Assembly: GCF_003704095.1 (NCBI RefSeq)
Contig: NW_020843660.1
Location: forward strand, 1 to 64,000
From: Pocillopora damicornis
Lineage: Eukaryota
Direction: 5' to 3'
DNA: 64,000 bases
Shown here: positions 62,981-64,000 of the stretch, piece after piece
How positions within the stretch are numbered: the first letter of the stretch is position 1
How the letters are laid out: each line of letters opens with the position of its first letter
Notes under the pieces: generated by a model
The model's database searches: none
Told to the model about the DNA's origin: nothing
The model's input: only the letters and a program-made list of their open reading frames with translations
Made by a program: the position numbers and the translations under genes

Positions 62981-63421
62981 GATAAGGGCAGTGCTGATAA
63001 GATTCTATTTGCATTTACTCCAGGATACATCATGTGCTATACTTGCTCATTAGTGACATGATTTTACTCAAATTACATCAAGACTATGAAGTCTGCCATC
63101 ACTCTTTTGTTCTAATGAAAATGTACACTCCAGAGAATGATGTTGTTCTGTTCCTCTTACATTTTTGGTTATATGTTGTTGTTGTTGTTGTTGTCCTTTT
63201 TTTCTTCAAGTATAAAATTTAAATTCAAAATTTCTTTTATCTATGTCATCATTAGATACAAATTATTACCAATTTTATTTTCAGTCCTTATGACTATGCA
63301 GCTTATCAAGAGTAGCTCTGTCTGATTCAAAGAAAGTTTGAAAGAGAAGAAATTATTCCATCCTGTGTCATTACAACTATTCCAAAAGAGTTTGTGGAAG
63401 CTGATGGGAATTCTACTGGTT

Positions 63422-63629
63422 TTAACCTTTTGACCCCTTAAAGAGACCCGCATCTCTCCTTACAATATTGTCCTTAAATCAAATGTTAGGGTCACACGAG
63501 TAAAGGAAATGATCACCAACTAAAGAAGCTCTTGATTGTTAAACAACTTCTTCTTGTCAGTTTTTTTGGATGTATGTGGAGATAAGTATGGAGAATGTTC
63601 ATACTTATGTCATGGTGTTGAAGGGTTAA
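63422..63629 (-). mobile_element. TTAA-flanked MITE, copy 4 (reverse)
   Basis: TTAACCTTT...GAAGGGTTAA ends. Internal TCTCCTTACAATAT, GGAAATGATCACCAACTAAAGAAGCTCTTGATTGTTAAACAA, GTATGGAGAAT. Confidence 0.7.
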
Positions 63630-64000
63630 GGTTGCAACAATGGGTGCAATATATTTGGTAGTTATCCAGTACATAAATTAGCTAGTTGTGTTATTTAATT
63701 GTCATGTGGGTAAGTAAAAAATATAGAAGATGTAGCCTTTGGATGTTAAACTAATTTAAGAATTGTGTATCAAAGTCTTGTAAAAAAAAAAAGAATGAAA
63801 GCACCTTATTTGATAAACAAGTATGGCTAGTGGTGACCCAATTGCATATGCTCTATCACTATTAAATCACTACAAACTAACTTATTAATGTGATGCCAAA
63901 ATATAAACCATGGAAGAAAGGTGGGACATGCAGTTGCAATATCATATGATTGTTTCCTGGTGACAATGCTATACCACAAGAACTTAAAATCATTCAAACC

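Overview
AT-rich eukaryotic (metazoan) genomic DNA with compact, intron-rich genes. The repeat families look like those of stony corals, but the taxon is my inference and was not verified. By hand-splicing I reconstructed 11 protein-coding genes whose exon phases add up: TXNDC5/ERp46 (-), an uncharacterised DEDDh 3'-5' exonuclease with a PML-C-like segment and a ~1,150-aa disordered tail (-), CCS (+), two tandem DUF4773-like secreted Cys-rich paralogues (+), SDF2 (-), CCDC43 (-, with a U12 AT-AC intron), TMEM60 (-), IMPACT (+), a WW + Q/P-rich + BAG co-chaperone (-), and the 5' part of an SLC20/PiT phosphate transporter (+, runs off the window). Introns and intergenic DNA carry MITEs (Tc1/mariner-type, PIF/Harbinger-type, TTAA-flanked), tRNA-derived SINEs, a LINE 3' remnant, a decayed P2X7-C-terminal-like (KolobokP-type) gene relic and minimal hammerhead-ribozyme-like motifs. 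The best candidate for an undescribed system is the PML/TREX-like exonuclease. It has an intact catalytic motif set, its ATG lies 86 bp head-to-head from the CCS ATG, and it has a possible in-frame retained intron. I saw no rRNA, true tRNA gene or CRISPR array. All homology calls are from motif recognition; no database search was run.
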